Assembly: GCF_006345805.1 (NCBI RefSeq)
Contig: NC_042999.1
Location: 88,660,001-88,724,000 of the forward strand
Direction: 5' to 3'
Source: Octopus sinensis
Lineage: Eukaryota
DNA: 64,000 nucleotides
Shown: one piece after another, positions 25,860-38,855 of the stretch
Position numbering within the stretch: the stretch's first letter is position 1
How the letters are laid out: the number at the start of each line of letters is the position of its first letter
Translations under genes and position numbers: made by a program
The notes under the pieces: generated by a model
What the model was told of the DNA's origin: nothing
What the model saw: the letters and a program-made list of their open reading frames with translations, nothing else
Database searches by the model: none

Positions 25860-26600
25860 TATAGTACTGTCAGGTGATGTTAGGCCTGGAGGACAAGGTT
25901 ACTGTCCTCCAGGCTACAGTAGAGGAGGAGGAGGAGGAGTATTGGCAAGGCCAATGCATCTCAATGGCGATGCAGGCGGAGGTTGTATCCAGAGACATTG
26001 AGGATCAGCGAGGAGGAGAGGGTGATAGTGTTTGTGGAGGGCAGAAAGCCGAGGTGTTTCGGCTGCGGTAAAAAGGGGCACGTGAGAGCGGAGTGCCAAC
26101 TTAGGCCGCAGGAAGCAGCACCGCCAGAAAAAGAAAAACCAGAAGCGAAAACACCAGAAACTACAGAATCAACAGAAAACAAAGAAGCAACAGAAACAAC
26201 AAGCGGCGAGGAAAAGGAAAAAGTGGAGGGGTGGTCAAAAATCACCATGAAAAAAACGGAAAACAGAAACCACCCCTCAGAAAGAGAGCCAAAAAAGGAG
26301 AAAAGAAACTACGAATACATTTATAGCCATTAAGGCAGCCAACAACAGGCTAATTAACTTTTTGGCGGCTATGGCAAAGGTGGAAAAAATTTTAAAAAAA
26401 CGAAAGACTTTATTGTTTATAGAATAGGCCGGAAGGATTACGGACGGATAAAGTCCGAATTTTTTCATGACGTGGACCCTCTGAGATTGGACAAATCTCC
26501 ATATATATACGAGGGCCTGCGTCGGACTCCTCCACGAGCCCAGGAAAAAGAAAAAAGAGTGAAGAAAAAAGTGAAGAAAAAGAACAAGTCGAACCACTGA
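25860..26600 (+). pseudogene. LINE ORF1 remnant (gag-like CCHC knuckle)
   Basis: VFVEGRKPRCFGCGKKGHVRAEC (CX2CX4HX4C) followed by a Lys/Glu-rich linker; frameshifted. Confidence 0.85.
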
Positions 26601-26613
26601 TATAAGGTAAGCC

Positions 26614-29600
26614 GTGGATTACATTTATGTTGCTTGTTTAAATGTGCGCGGCCTGGGATCAAGCTGGAAGCAAGGCCGTTTCCTTAATGATATCAGGTCG
26701 CGTAATTTGGATGTTATTGTTGCTACAGAAACCCGGTTAGAGGGGCCAAGAGGTCTACTCCCGCTGTTTGACGGCTACGAGAGTTTTTTCTCTCCGGCCA
26801 GTCCTACCGGCGGGGGTGGGGTTTGGTCCTATTAAAAAGAAACCGGGTTTTTGAGAAAAAGTTAATTTTTTCAGATCCAGAAGGTAGGCTGGTCGTCATG
26901 GATTTGACGTTCAGTAACGGTAAAGTTATCAGACTGGTTGCAATTTACGCACCCAACCAAAAGAGGTAAAGTGATTATTTTCGAGAGCTAGAGAAGTTTC
27001 TTGGTACTTCACATTCATTAGTTGTGCTAGGAGACTTTAACACAATTTGCAAACCGGATGTAGATTGTGTTGGCTTGCGTCCAGATAGAAAAGGCAACAT
27101 CGGCTTCCTGGAACTGCTAAGCCGCTTTGAGGTAGCAGATCCTTATAGGTTGGAATTTCCGAACGCCCCATTGTGGACATGGTCAAGCAGCGACGGATCT
27201 TCCAGGTCATACATTGATAGGATACTAATTAGAAAAGTAGACAGAAAAATAGCTAAGTGTCCAGTTTTACCTGGTCAGCTACAGTGATCATAAAATGGTC
27301 ACTTATAAGCTTGACATAGATAAGGTTAATAATAGAGGCTCCGGTTATTGGAAACTTAATACGTCCCTTTTGACGATTAAGGAGTACAGAGACCGGATTA
27401 GTGCTATAATTCAGAGGGCGCTATCTGGTGCCATCATTAATAACAAATGGTGGTATGCCCTCAAGCAAGCCATCAAATTCGAGTCTATTAGATATAGCAT
27501 AGGATTAGTGGCTAGAGAGGCTAGGAGGGAATTAACTCTAGTTAAGGAATTAGAGGAAGCCTTGAAAACTGGCTCTGCGGCTCAGGTGACGGCCAAGAGA
27601 CTGGCGTTAAACCAGCACCTCGAGGCCAAACACATGGGCTGCATTGTCAGGGCTAGGATCCGCGCAATGGGTTATGAAGGAATCAACGCCGTGAGATGGG
27701 CCCGAGTGGTGGAAGCTCAGCGTGGTAATGATGCCACAATTCGATCTTTGATGAACCAACAAGGTAAGTTGATAAACGAACCCGAGGAGATGTGTGAGGC
27801 CTTTCAGGAGCACTTCGCTCAGCTTTTCGGTGGGGGCAGCGGACTGAATAGAAGGAGGGTCTTTACAGACCTCCTCGACGGGCTGCCGCGCCTATCGGGG
27901 CGAGATGCGGAGGGCTGTGAGGGGCCAATCACTCCTGAGGAGGTGGTTGAGGCGATGGCGTTCTGCGGCGTGGGCAAGGCGCCGGGTTTGGATCGTCTAC
28001 CCTATGAGTTATATAAGAGTATGCCAGACTTGTTCGGTCACCTACTGACGGAGGTCTATGCGAACTGGCAGCAGAACGGGTTCATACCCAGATCTGTGCG
28101 CCGGGGAGTAGTGACAGTTGTCAGAAAGGACCCGAGCAAGGGGAAGTGCATTGATAGTTTCAGGCCCATCACTCTGCTAAACACAGAGTTGAAGATTTTG
28201 GCCAAAGTGTTATCGAAAAGATTGACGCATGTCGCAGATGGTCTGATCCGGGAGGCACAGACATGTGCCGTTCCCGGTAGATCCATTCAGGATAATCTCC
28301 ATCTTATGCGGTACAATATAGAGGGGTTTAATAGTGATTCTGACAAGGGTGGGACACTGGTCCATTTAGACCAATCTAAAGCATTCGACAGGGTCGACCA
28401 TCGCTACCTGGTGTCTGCCCTGGCACAGTTCGGGCTGGGCCTTGGCTTCCTCAGGTGGATTATCCAAATTTATGATAACATCGACTCGGTAGTTCGGGTG
28501 AACGGCTTCTTTTCGAGGCCGTTCAACATCAAGCGCTCGGTTCGTCAAGGGTGTCTACTCTCTCCGCTTTTGTACGTGGTGGCTCTTGAGCCACTACTGC
28601 GAAAACTGAGCGGCATCCCGAGACAGCCAGGTTGTGGAAAATCGGTGTCAGCTTACGCGGATGACATCACCATCATCGTAACCGAAATGGATCACCTACA
28701 GAGGGTAGGCAAGGCCATAGAGGTTTACGAGACGGTGACAGGAGCAAAGATTAATCGTGAAAAGTCAGTCGGCTTGCAGCTCGGCACCTGGAGAGGCAAG
28801 TCGATGCCTCCTGACAGCATCGTGGGACGTTGGACGGAGGGTCCGATTAAGTTGCTATGGGTTTGGTTCGGACCAGACCTCCAAATTGAGAAGAACTGGG
28901 GCGAGGTATCGAGCCTGGTCTTGGCGGTGGCTATCCCTGAAAGGAAGGGTGGAGGTAGCCAATGTGTTTATCGCATCGGTTATCACCTACCGCCTATCCG
29001 TCGTTCCTTGCCCTGATTCGTGGTTGATCAAGTTGGAAAGACAGCTCTTCTACTTCTTGTGGAAGGGCGGGAAACCACTTGTGAAACGCTCTACTTGCTG
29101 TCAACAACCGTTAAAGAGTGGACTAGGGATACCTTGGCTGATGATGCAGACATGCGCTGAGGTTAAGACATCTGTGGCTCTACCTGGATGGTGAACGGGT
29201 GTGGTCTCCGCTAGCAAAACTGATGTTTCCCAAGTTCACTAGTTTCGGTGGATGGGAAACCTGGCTGAATCGTAGATCGAAACTGGGCACTTGGTGCACG
29301 AAGTGTCGCAAGGCTCTCCTGCTATTCCGTCGCTCGGGCAACGCCTGCGGTTGGGGTTCCACCACATTCTTCTATAGAGGGTTGGTAGAGGCGGAATGTG
29401 AAGATACCTTAGGGGAAGCCCTAGGTCTCGACGATAACCAGCTGGCCAGTCTGTTCCAGCGTACATTCGGGCCGAAGACCCTGGACAACTTCCAGAAGTC
29501 TCTGGCATGGCAGTGTTACAGAGGAGCTCTACCTGTTCGGGATAAACACGCAAGGCACGGTGGCCAAGACAGTCCGATATGTCCAAGATGCGAGCGGGAT

Positions 29601-29981
29601 AGGGAAACCGTCCCGCACGCTATTGTTCATTGTTCGGTCGTGTCAGAGGTGTGGGTTTATGCCGAACAGCTGTTGTCAAGCACACGAAGAGTACAGCTGT
29701 TGAATGAGTCTATTATAAAAATTGACCCACCAGATTTCCTCGCGAAAGAAGGTAAGAATTGTTTTCTCGTTGTAGTAGCAATTGCGAAAGAGGTGATTTG
29801 GAAGACTAGGATGAAAGGTTTACGGTCAGGTAAGTTCATCTCCGGCCCTGGATTGATGAATTACTTCATCTTTCACCTAAAAAGGAAGATAGGACTGGAG
29901 AGAAAATGCCTGACTAAGAGAGTGTATGAAGAACGATGGAAGGATGTAGCACGAAAGTTGCGAGTGGATGATACCACATAA
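26614..29981 (+). pseudogene. LINE ORF2 (APE endonuclease, reverse transcriptase, Cys-rich C-terminus), frameshifted
   Basis: CLNVRGL, ETR, LGDFN, YIDRIL, SDHK, WKLNTSLL, RPITLLN, KAFDRVDH, RQGCLLSP, YADD, CPRC..ETVPHAIVHC spread over at least five ORF pieces. Confidence 0.95.
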
Positions 29982-30391
29982 ATGTAAAACTAGACGAAAC
30001 CAAAGTATCAGTGGGGAGGCGGGGCTCGTGGGGTCCGAGCTAAATCCGCTCCCACTCCATCCGTAATGTCTTCCGGTCTGTTCTTCATTCGATTTTATAT
30101 TTGTAGTTTTTGAATTTTTAAAACTCATCTTTGTATGACCCCATTCGTGTATCTGACCCCACATCAGATTGTATTGTCCCCTCTATGTTCGCCCCTAGTG
30201 GGTAATAATAAAACAATTATTTAATATCTATTATTTATATTATTATTCTTAAATATTTGACGTTACATTTAAACTAAATTTCAATTACAATTGTGTAACG
30301 TACAACAATTTAATTAAAAATCTAAAGTATCGTATTTTAACCAATTAATATTATATATTTTGTATGACTAAGTGCTAATATAATTATAATT

Positions 30392-30980
30392 ATATCGTTG
30401 TATTTAGGAATGGTCATTTTGCCAGTTTAGCCAATAAAAAACACACGCACTATATATTTGGTGTTACTTTACTTCAGCGTTATTTACTTTTTACATTAAT
30501 CTTAATCTTATTTCGGCCAGAGTTTTTTCGTCACACTTCTGTGACCTCATGAGTGGTCCTTTGCTGTCTTCTTTCTTATTATAATAATAATAAGTAGTTG
30601 TAAACACATGAGCAAAATAAAAATAAACAAAAACAAATTACACGAACGTATATAAACAGGAGATACAAATATTACAGGCACTTCCCCAAACACACACTAA
30701 CTAAACATAGACACACATAGAGGTATGCGCAAATGAAGACACATACAATAGGAATACAAAATGGCTGACCGTTAGTAAAGAGAAACACACAAATAAGAAA
30801 GAAGAAAGCAAAGGACCACTGATGAGGTCACAGAAGTGTGACGAAAGAACTCTGGCCGAAATAAGATTAAGATTACTGTAAAAAGTAAATAACGCTGAAG
30901 CAAAGTAACACCAAATATATAGTGCGTGTGTTTTTTATTGGCTAAACTGGCAAAATGACCATTCCTAAATACAACAATAT
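30392..30980. mobile_element. Inverted pair (~190-bp arms, ~210-bp spacer) of an HHR-bearing repeat
   Basis: 30392-30580 is the reverse complement of 30792-30980. Confidence 0.9.
30813..30857 (+). ncRNA. Minimal type I hammerhead candidate
   Basis: GGACCA-CUGAUGA-G-GUCACA(GAAG)UGUGAC-GAAAG-AA-CUC-UGGCC; the minus-strand mirror copy has core CUCAUGA. Confidence 0.55.
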
Positions 30981-31244
30981 CTTGTTTCAATACACGATTT
31001 CACATCAAAAATCATGCAAAACAAATATATAAATATAATTATATCTTTATCTAAAAAAACATTCATGAGTTTTCATACTTTATAACTAAGGTTTAGTTTA
31101 TTTACTAAAGAATCTAATCTTAACTTATCTTATTAATTAAACAATTTATCCTGTTTGCATTTAATTTTTCGTTCGTTCTGGGCATTGAGCAATATTGTTT
31201 TGGCTTTTAAGATTTCCAAAAATTCCTTGCATTTTTATTCATTA

Positions 31245-31624
31245 CATTTTTACTCCTTAAATTTTTAACATTCAGTTATTATTTTTTATTTATTATTGGT
31301 ATTTCTATTCATTTGTATATGTTAAGGAAGATTACATTGAAGGTATAGAGTATCATGGAGGTATATAAGAGGTAGGGGTAGTGAAAAATTTTGAGGAATC
31401 CAAACCTGAAGATTGGGAGTATGTCGACCCGATTAAGTATTGAAACTAGATACCTCGTATCTAATCAATACCGACGTACTTTCATGAAATAGTGTAGTCT
31501 TATAAACGGAAAATACTGCATTCAGAATAGATAAAGTTAATATAATATTTAGCATTTTATGGAGTGGTTGGGTATAAAATCTTTCAGTGTTGATTGAGTT
31601 GAAGGTGGTTCTGTCTCTAAAACT
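31245..31624 (+). mobile_element. Right arm of the long inverted repeat
   Basis: Reverse complement of 24922-25310; ends in (TA)n. Confidence 0.9.
31402..31500 (+). ncRNA. Type I hammerhead candidate (mirror copy, stem I mismatch)
   Basis: CTGAAGA 31406-12, stem II 31414-26/31472-84, GAAA 31486-89, GTA 31494-96. Confidence 0.5.
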
Positions 31625-31738
31625 ACTTATATATATACGAATTAAACATTTAGAGATGTTCATTTTAGTACATCTAATTTGAATGTCTTTTTCCTGTCTT
31701 CTCAGAAGTAATATTCCCTGATAATCCTAATAATTATA

Positions 31739-31783
<45 letters not shown>

Positions 31784-33747
31784 GTGTGTGTGTGTGTATA
31801 TATATATATACATACATACATATGTGCGTGAGTGTATATATATCATCATCATTTAGCATCTGCTTGTCATGCTCGTATGGATTAGACAGTTTGACTAGAA
31901 CTGGTAAACTGAAGAGCTGTACCAAGTTCGAATCTGATTTGGCATGTTCTAGTCTGATTATACATACACACATGTATAATGTTATAATAAAAACTATAAG
32001 TCTTGTTAAATACAGCTACTCAGGGTTTCCTTTTTTAAGCTGAGAACAAGACCAGTTGTCTTTTGAGCAGATGACGTTTAAACAAGAGGTGCTGATAAGG
32101 ATGAAAACAAGAAAACACAAGAGAGATAACCAGCATTACAATGAATCAATGACAAGCAGATGCAAAGAGGTTAATGGTTTATTATGTGTCTAGTGGCCTA
32201 TTTTTTTAATTCCACAAGATGCATTTCTTAAAACGTGTGCATGCAAATAAAAATGTATCTTAAAATATAGAAAAATGTCTATGTCCACATTTTACTCTCT
32301 GACTAACCTTCCTTTCTTGCTCAACTGGAATATTCATGTATTTACTCTATGGGTTTTTGTCTTGAAACTTGCTTGGTGACCTGTCAGTGGTGATGCCCTG
32401 TAAAAAGCACTGGTAATAGTGTCACATAAAAAGTATTCAGTACATTCTGTAAAGTAGTTGATGTTAAGAAGGGCATCCAGCCATAGAAACCATGCTAGAG
32501 CTGACATTAGAGCTTGGTGTGGATCTCAACCATACCAGCTCCTGTCAAACCATCCAACCAATGCCAGCATGGGAAACAGATGTTAGATGGTTTCAGGTTC
32601 AATCCTTCAGCAAATATCTTCTACTATAGCTCTAGGCCAACCAAAGCCTTGTGAATGTATTTGCTAGGTGAAAATTGAAAAAGCTTGTCGTGTGTGTGTG
32701 TATGAATGTGCATGCGTGTATTAAATAATTTTACAGTGAAGTTTAGTCTGTTTTAATTATTTTCTCACTTTAGGCTGTTGTTGTTGACAACATTATAATT
32801 GATATCCTTTCCAATTTTTAGGTTTTCAAGTGATATTCTCCTCAGATCTAATTGAATATTGGAAATTATTCTTATTTGACCTAATTGATAAAATAAATAT
32901 TCTGAATTTAGTCCCAAGTCTGTCCCAAGAATCTCACTTGAAAACCTTATAATTAGAGAGAATACCAATTATAACGTGGTTGATAAGTTATCATGAGAAA
33001 CGTTATTGTCACTGGAGAACAGTAAAGGCTCAAAATGTAATCGTTGGTCAAGTTCAAGAATTTCATAGAAAGACAAGTGAAGAGATTTGTGATTAAAGTA
33101 TCGTGGCAGCAGCATTTATGTGACTAAGAAAAAAAAATTTTAATGAGAAGTAAATATTAGCCTGTTTAGAGAATTCAACAAGTTCTCTGGCTTATTATTA
33201 TGCTACAAGGTATTTAATTGGCAAATTATCAGGGCATTGAATACAATGTCTTGTGCTGTTCTTTTCAGCTCTCTACACTTGGAGGTCAAACCCTGAGGTT
33301 GTGAAATTTAGCATTTGCTCTTTTAGGTTTATAGAAACAAAGTACTAATTTAGAATTGGGGTTACTCCTCCTGCTTAGGCAAACTTCTACTTGCTTTACA
33401 TTCTGGTGAGATTAATTTTGCTTTTCATCGTTTTGCAAGTCAATAAAATTAGTAGCAGTCCATAACTGAGAACATCCTCTCAAAATTTCAAACCCTGTGC
33501 CTTCAGTAGGAAAAATTATTTTCTCCCCCATCCCCAGGTATCTCTCTCTGTCTCTGTCTCTCTCTCCCCTTTTTCTCTCACCCTCTCTCTCTCTCTCCCC
33601 TCTCTCTCTCTGTAGAAGAAATCAGCTGTGCTTCGACATGGAATAAGATGGACAATCTGCAGGTCACTATGGCATCCCCTACAATTCCAGGAGTTCAAAG
33701 CTCAAAAAAGAAGGACGTATTCCAAGGTTCACAAGTTTCTGCAATTA

Positions 33748-33911
33748 ATTGATATTCCACAGTCCATTAGCATTCTACATTTAATTAATATTCCACAGTT
33801 CATTTGAAGAACACAGTTCATTGGTATTTCAAAGTTCATTAGTATTCTACAGTTCATTAGTTTCCATGGTTCATTAATATTCCAAGTTAATTAATATTCC
33901 ACAGTTCATTT
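33748..33911. repeat. Degenerate ~18-bp minisatellite (TAATATTCCACAGTTCAT)
   Basis: Roughly nine decayed tandem units. Confidence 0.75.
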
Positions 33912-35104
33912 GTACAATGATTTTTTCCCCAACTTATTTTATCATGGAACCCTTATGCAATTTTCAAAAGAATTACTGAACCCAAGCATTTATTTTAAAG
34001 ACAACCTGTACCACCCTAATTTTAATAAAATATTAAAAGAAGCAAAAAAATTGTTTCAGAGAAAGATGATATTCATGTAAAAATCACATAATCATTTATT
34101 TTGATAATGGTGAATTCTATTTCTTTATAAAATAAATTTCTATTAAATTTCATCAAAAGTCTTCTTATCTTGTTCAACCCCAGAATTTTTTCAAGGAATC
34201 CAATTTGAGAAACATGACATTAGTATTTTATAATTCATTAGTGTTCTAGTCTCATATTTATTTTGTGTTTCATTTGTTTTCTGTTAATTCCTGTACAGTC
34301 TAAAATGTTTTCCAGTTTCCTTTTGCTCCAAATTCTTGTGTTGCTTGAAAGTCCATTAGTAGAATACTTCTTGCATTTATTATCAATATTCTTAAATGTA
34401 TTTCAACAATCAGAGCTAACTGTTTCAATGATATCACTGAAAGCTAAAAGTCATTGTTTTTAGTTTGCTTAAAATTGTTTGGTTCAGAAGTTATCTTCTT
34501 ACTTGTGTCATTCTGGATTCAATCCAACTGTACAGCACTTTGTTCCTGTAACATGTTCTGGGAGCATTCTGTCATGCCAACATTTACATGCACACACACA
34601 CACACACACACACACACACCACACACACACACACACATGCACACATATACATGCAAAGCTATAAGTGGAGTCAAGGCTATACGGTTAAGAAGTTTGCTTC
34701 TCAATCAAGGAGTATGGAGTTCAATATACACTGTATGATACCTTGGCAAGTGCCTTCCATTATAGCCTTGGGCCAGTCAAATCCTTGTGACTGATGTTAG
34801 TTGATGAAAATTAGAAGAAGCCCACTAAATATACATGTCTGTGTGTGTTAGTGTCTCTTTATCTTGACAGTGAAATAGAGAGTCATTGTCATACAGTGGT
34901 GACATTCATTTCCAGTCTTCCATAGGCTGTAGTTGAAGCCAATAAATTTACTCTCTAGTATTTCAAGATAATTTTATGTAATTTTGGTAAATATATCTGT
35001 TAATATGACATGTCAGTGTTATTTTCATTTTTGTGTAATTTAGATGACAGTTTATTCATTGCAACCTGTATGTATGTATGTATATATATATATGTGTGTG
35101 TGTG

Positions 35105-35430
35105 AAAGCACATGGCTCAATGGTTAGAACATCAGGCTCACAGTCATGAGGTAGTGAGTTAAATTGATGGACCAGGCTGAGTGTTGTGTTCTTCAGCAAG
35201 ACACTTTATTTCATGTTGTTCCAGTTCACTCAGCTGTAGAAATGAGCTACAACACCACTGGTGCTAAGCTGTAATCAGTCTTTTCCTTGTATAACATCGG
35301 TGGCATGAAAGAGGGAGGATGGTCTGCATGGGTGACTGCTGGTCTTCCATAAACAACCTTACCTGGACTTGTACCTCGGAGGGGAACTTTCTAGGTCATT
35401 CATGACCAAAGGTGGTCTTTACCCTTTACA
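35105..35430 (+). mobile_element. tRNA-derived SINE, family C
   Basis: TGGCTCAATGGTTAG A-box head and GTGTTCTTCAGCAAGACACTT motif; matches the 49.5-49.9 kb copy. Confidence 0.8.
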
Positions 35431-35545
35431 TGTGTGAGTGTGTGTGTGCATCTTACCAAAAATACTTAATGGAATGTAATCCAAGTTACATCTCTTTAGT
35501 CAATGTGCAATTAGGAGCTTTATGAGTTTGATAAAATAAATACTT

Positions 35546-35775
35546 ATTTCTTTATAACCCACAAGGGGCTAAACATAAAGGGGACAAACAAAGACAGACA
35601 TATGTATTAAGTCGATTACATCGACCCCAGTGTGTAACTGGTACTTAATTTACCGACCCTGAAAGGATGAATGGCAGAATCGACCTCAGCAGAATTTGAA
35701 CTCACAACGTAACGACAGACGGAATACGGCTACGCATTTCGCCCGACATGCTAACGTTTCTGCCAGCTCGCTGCC
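35546..35775 (-). mobile_element. SINE family A, full length
   Basis: Same head, body and tail as 19794-20022. Confidence 0.88.
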
Positions 35776-36234
35776 TGATAAAATAAATACTGTGGGTTCA
35801 TATAATTTTTTAACACTCTTTAAGAAAATGCCACAGCATGGCCATCATCCAAATACTTCAGCTAGCAAAGGAATGAAAATAAAAGAATTCATATGTATTT
35901 TTGTACTTTACACTTCAACTGTTACTGTTAAGTAAACACACACATACACACATATGCATGCATGCACACACAGACACAGATGCATACACACATATGCATG
36001 CACAAGCACACACATACATACACATGCACACACACACATGTACATACATATACATATGCACACATATAATAGATAATACCACGTATGTATTTGCACATGG
36101 GTGTGTGTATACATATATAGATAGATAGATTGATAGATAGATATTATGTGTGTATATATTTATATATGTAATATATGTATCTATCTATGTGTGTGTGTGT
36201 GTGTGTGTATAATATATGATATATATGCATGTAT

Positions 36235-36282
<48 letters not shown>

Positions 36283-36509
36283 ACATGTACAGTGGTTTTC
36301 TCTTATAGATATATATCTGAAATGTTATTGTTTAAATTATGACTGCCAAGCACATTTAACACAGCACTAATGAAATACATAAAAATCATATAATATTTGG
36401 TATGATTTCATAGTGGGAATATTTAGTGTTTAAAGGCTATAAAGTAAACAAGGTATATGTTAATGATGGTTTTATAGTTTGTTTTATCTGATAACATTTT
36501 GATTAATTC

Positions 36510-36729
36510 AGAGGTTTATTTTATCATCAACATGACCACCAGCATCATCATCATTGTCATCATCCTCATCAACATTATCGTTGTCATAATGACCACTACC
36601 ACCACCACCACCACCACTAGCATGACCAATAACACCATAAACTATACTTATTGTCATCATCATCCTCATCATCAACATCATCATGACCACCATCACACCA
36701 CCACCCTCATTGTCATCACTATCATCACT

Positions 36730-36760
<31 letters not shown>

Positions 36761-36762
36761 CC
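36510..36762. repeat. Cryptic (CAT)n/(CAC)n array
   Basis: Direct reading. Confidence 0.9.
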
Positions 36763-38439
36763 AATCTAAATCTACTTTTAGCTGTAGTACAGGATGGATG
36801 AGCTGTCACAGTTCTCCAAATCAGTTTTATTCTGAATTACTGCCTTCCTAGATAGATCGGAAGATCATGTCTCGATTGTAAATTATAACACTAACCATTT
36901 TATAGAGCATCTTGAAAGCATTTTATCAAGGCACCAGTGCTAGAAAGACAGAAATAGGAAAAGTGAGAGTGGGAAAGGAAATGCTGAGAGAGAGAGTGGG
37001 GTGCCTTATTCCATGCAAATCTAGTGTCCTCTCTACTCTATGTTGCCTCCATTCTTTCAACACAAACCTGACTGAGAGGGTAAATCATGAAGAATTCTGA
37101 CTGGTCAAGAGGTTTAAAGAAAAGAGCATATGATTATGAACATAAAACAGAAAATGACAGGGGTGACTGGTACATAGGAGAGAGAGTAATGTGTGTGTGA
37201 AAGAGATAGGAAGAGAGAGAGAGAGAAAGAAAGAGGTACAGAGATAGTTATATGTTATTTGGCAATAAGGATCTTGAACACAAAACCAACATGAGTTGTG
37301 TAATGGGAGAGGAATAAAGATGGGTTGTGGTTAGCAACAAAAATGGATGATAAGTGTGAACTGTAGATGTCATTGAAAAGTCATATGGATGAACTGTAAA
37401 AGTTAGTCATGGTTAGAAACGTGTGCCTCTTTAACCAATAGCAAGCAACTGAAAAGATAGTTATAAATTTGAGGCAGTAAGTGTGTGGATAGGAAGCTTG
37501 CCTCCCAGCTATGTAGTCTTTAGTTCAGTGTCACTGTGTGGTTCCTTAGGCAAGAGTCACAAAGCCTTGTGAGTGAATTTGATAGACAGAAACTGAAATA
37601 AGCCAATCATATACATACATATATATATATATAATCAAGATATCCTTGGCCTGAAGAGTAGCCTGCAACATACACTTTGATTGGATACTTACCACTTTGG
37701 GGCTCTGTTCACTATGAAACATATGAAGCCCAGGTCTTATCTACTCCATTCCTTAATTCTTGTATTCTTATTTGCATACCCAGCAACCCTGGTTGCCTAC
37801 TGTGAAATATAGAAAGAACATTTTTCAATTTATCCCACTTCTATAAGAAAAATATCCACAAACTTCCATCTCAATAAACCACTGTTGCCCCTGAAAGTTG
37901 TTTTTAATATTTACTACAAATTGCTTGAAGCTAACTTTCTTCCTACACCTCAATCCTTGGATCTTATATTTATTTATATGTGTGTATATATAATAATAAT
38001 AATAATAATATAAATAATATATAAATATATGCATGTATACATATATGTACATACCTACATCTATATGTATATATACATGCATATAAGGGTACAGCACATC
38101 AAAAAAATGTTGAACACAATGAGAAATGAAAACATAAAAACAAAAACATGGAAATTAACGTTTTTTCAAACAACGAAAAAACAGAGTACAAGACATACAA
38201 CACAAGGAATATTCTCCTTCTTCAGTTGTCCCTGTTTCATCTACTCCATGTTTCGAAGGTAAGGACAAGACGCGACTTCATTGAAACAGTCCGTCCCGCA
38301 AAGCAAATTAAATCAAATTTGGGATTTTTTGTGGAGGGGTAAAAGTGGTAACAAGAACAGGACAGTAAGAACAAAACAAGACAGTAAAAACAATAAAAGT
38401 AAAAACAGTAAAAGACAGGACAAAGAGAATAACACAGTA

Positions 38440-38514
38440 GAAACAAAGCCTTCTACTATAGCCTCAGGCCAACCAAAGCCTTGTGAGTGGATTTGGGACA
38501 AAAACTGAAAGAAG

Positions 38515-38549
<35 letters not shown>

Positions 38550-38550
38550 T

Positions 38551-38616
<66 letters not shown>

Positions 38617-38855
38617 GAGAGAGAGAGATAGATAGATAGATAGATAGATAGATGAATATGTATTTGTATGTCTATGTTTGTCCCTCCACTATCATTTGAC
38701 AACCGATGTTGGTGTGTTTAATTCCTCATAACTTAGTAGTTCGGCAAAAGAGACTGATAGAATAAGGCTTACAAAGAATAGGTCCTGGGGTCAATTTTTT
38801 TGACTAAAGGTGATGCTTAGGCATGGCTGCAGTCAAATGACTGAAACAAGTAAAA
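38440..38855 (+). mobile_element. SINE family B, 5'-truncated
   Basis: CTTCTACTATAGCC..GAAAGAAGCC, internal microsatellite, ..GACTGAAACAAGTAAAAGA. Confidence 0.8.

Larger units (their letters stand above)
25731..30214 (+). mobile_element. Tx1/L1-clade non-LTR retrotransposon, 5'-truncated and degenerate
   Basis: Zinc-knuckle ORF1, APE-RT-zinc finger ORF2, 3' UTR ending GTGGGTAATAATAAAAC; the exact 5' boundary is inferred. Confidence 0.93.

Noticed and set aside
33915-34220. Possible hAT-type MITE
   Set aside because: The ends only loosely resemble CAGTGTTTCCCAA/TTGAGAAACACTG and no 8-bp TSD is visible.
38215-38295. Minus-strand GAAAC..GUA and CUGAAGA fragments with CTGTTTCA/TGAAACAG complementarity
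   Set aside because: The pieces cannot be assembled into a valid type I, II or III topology in this copy.
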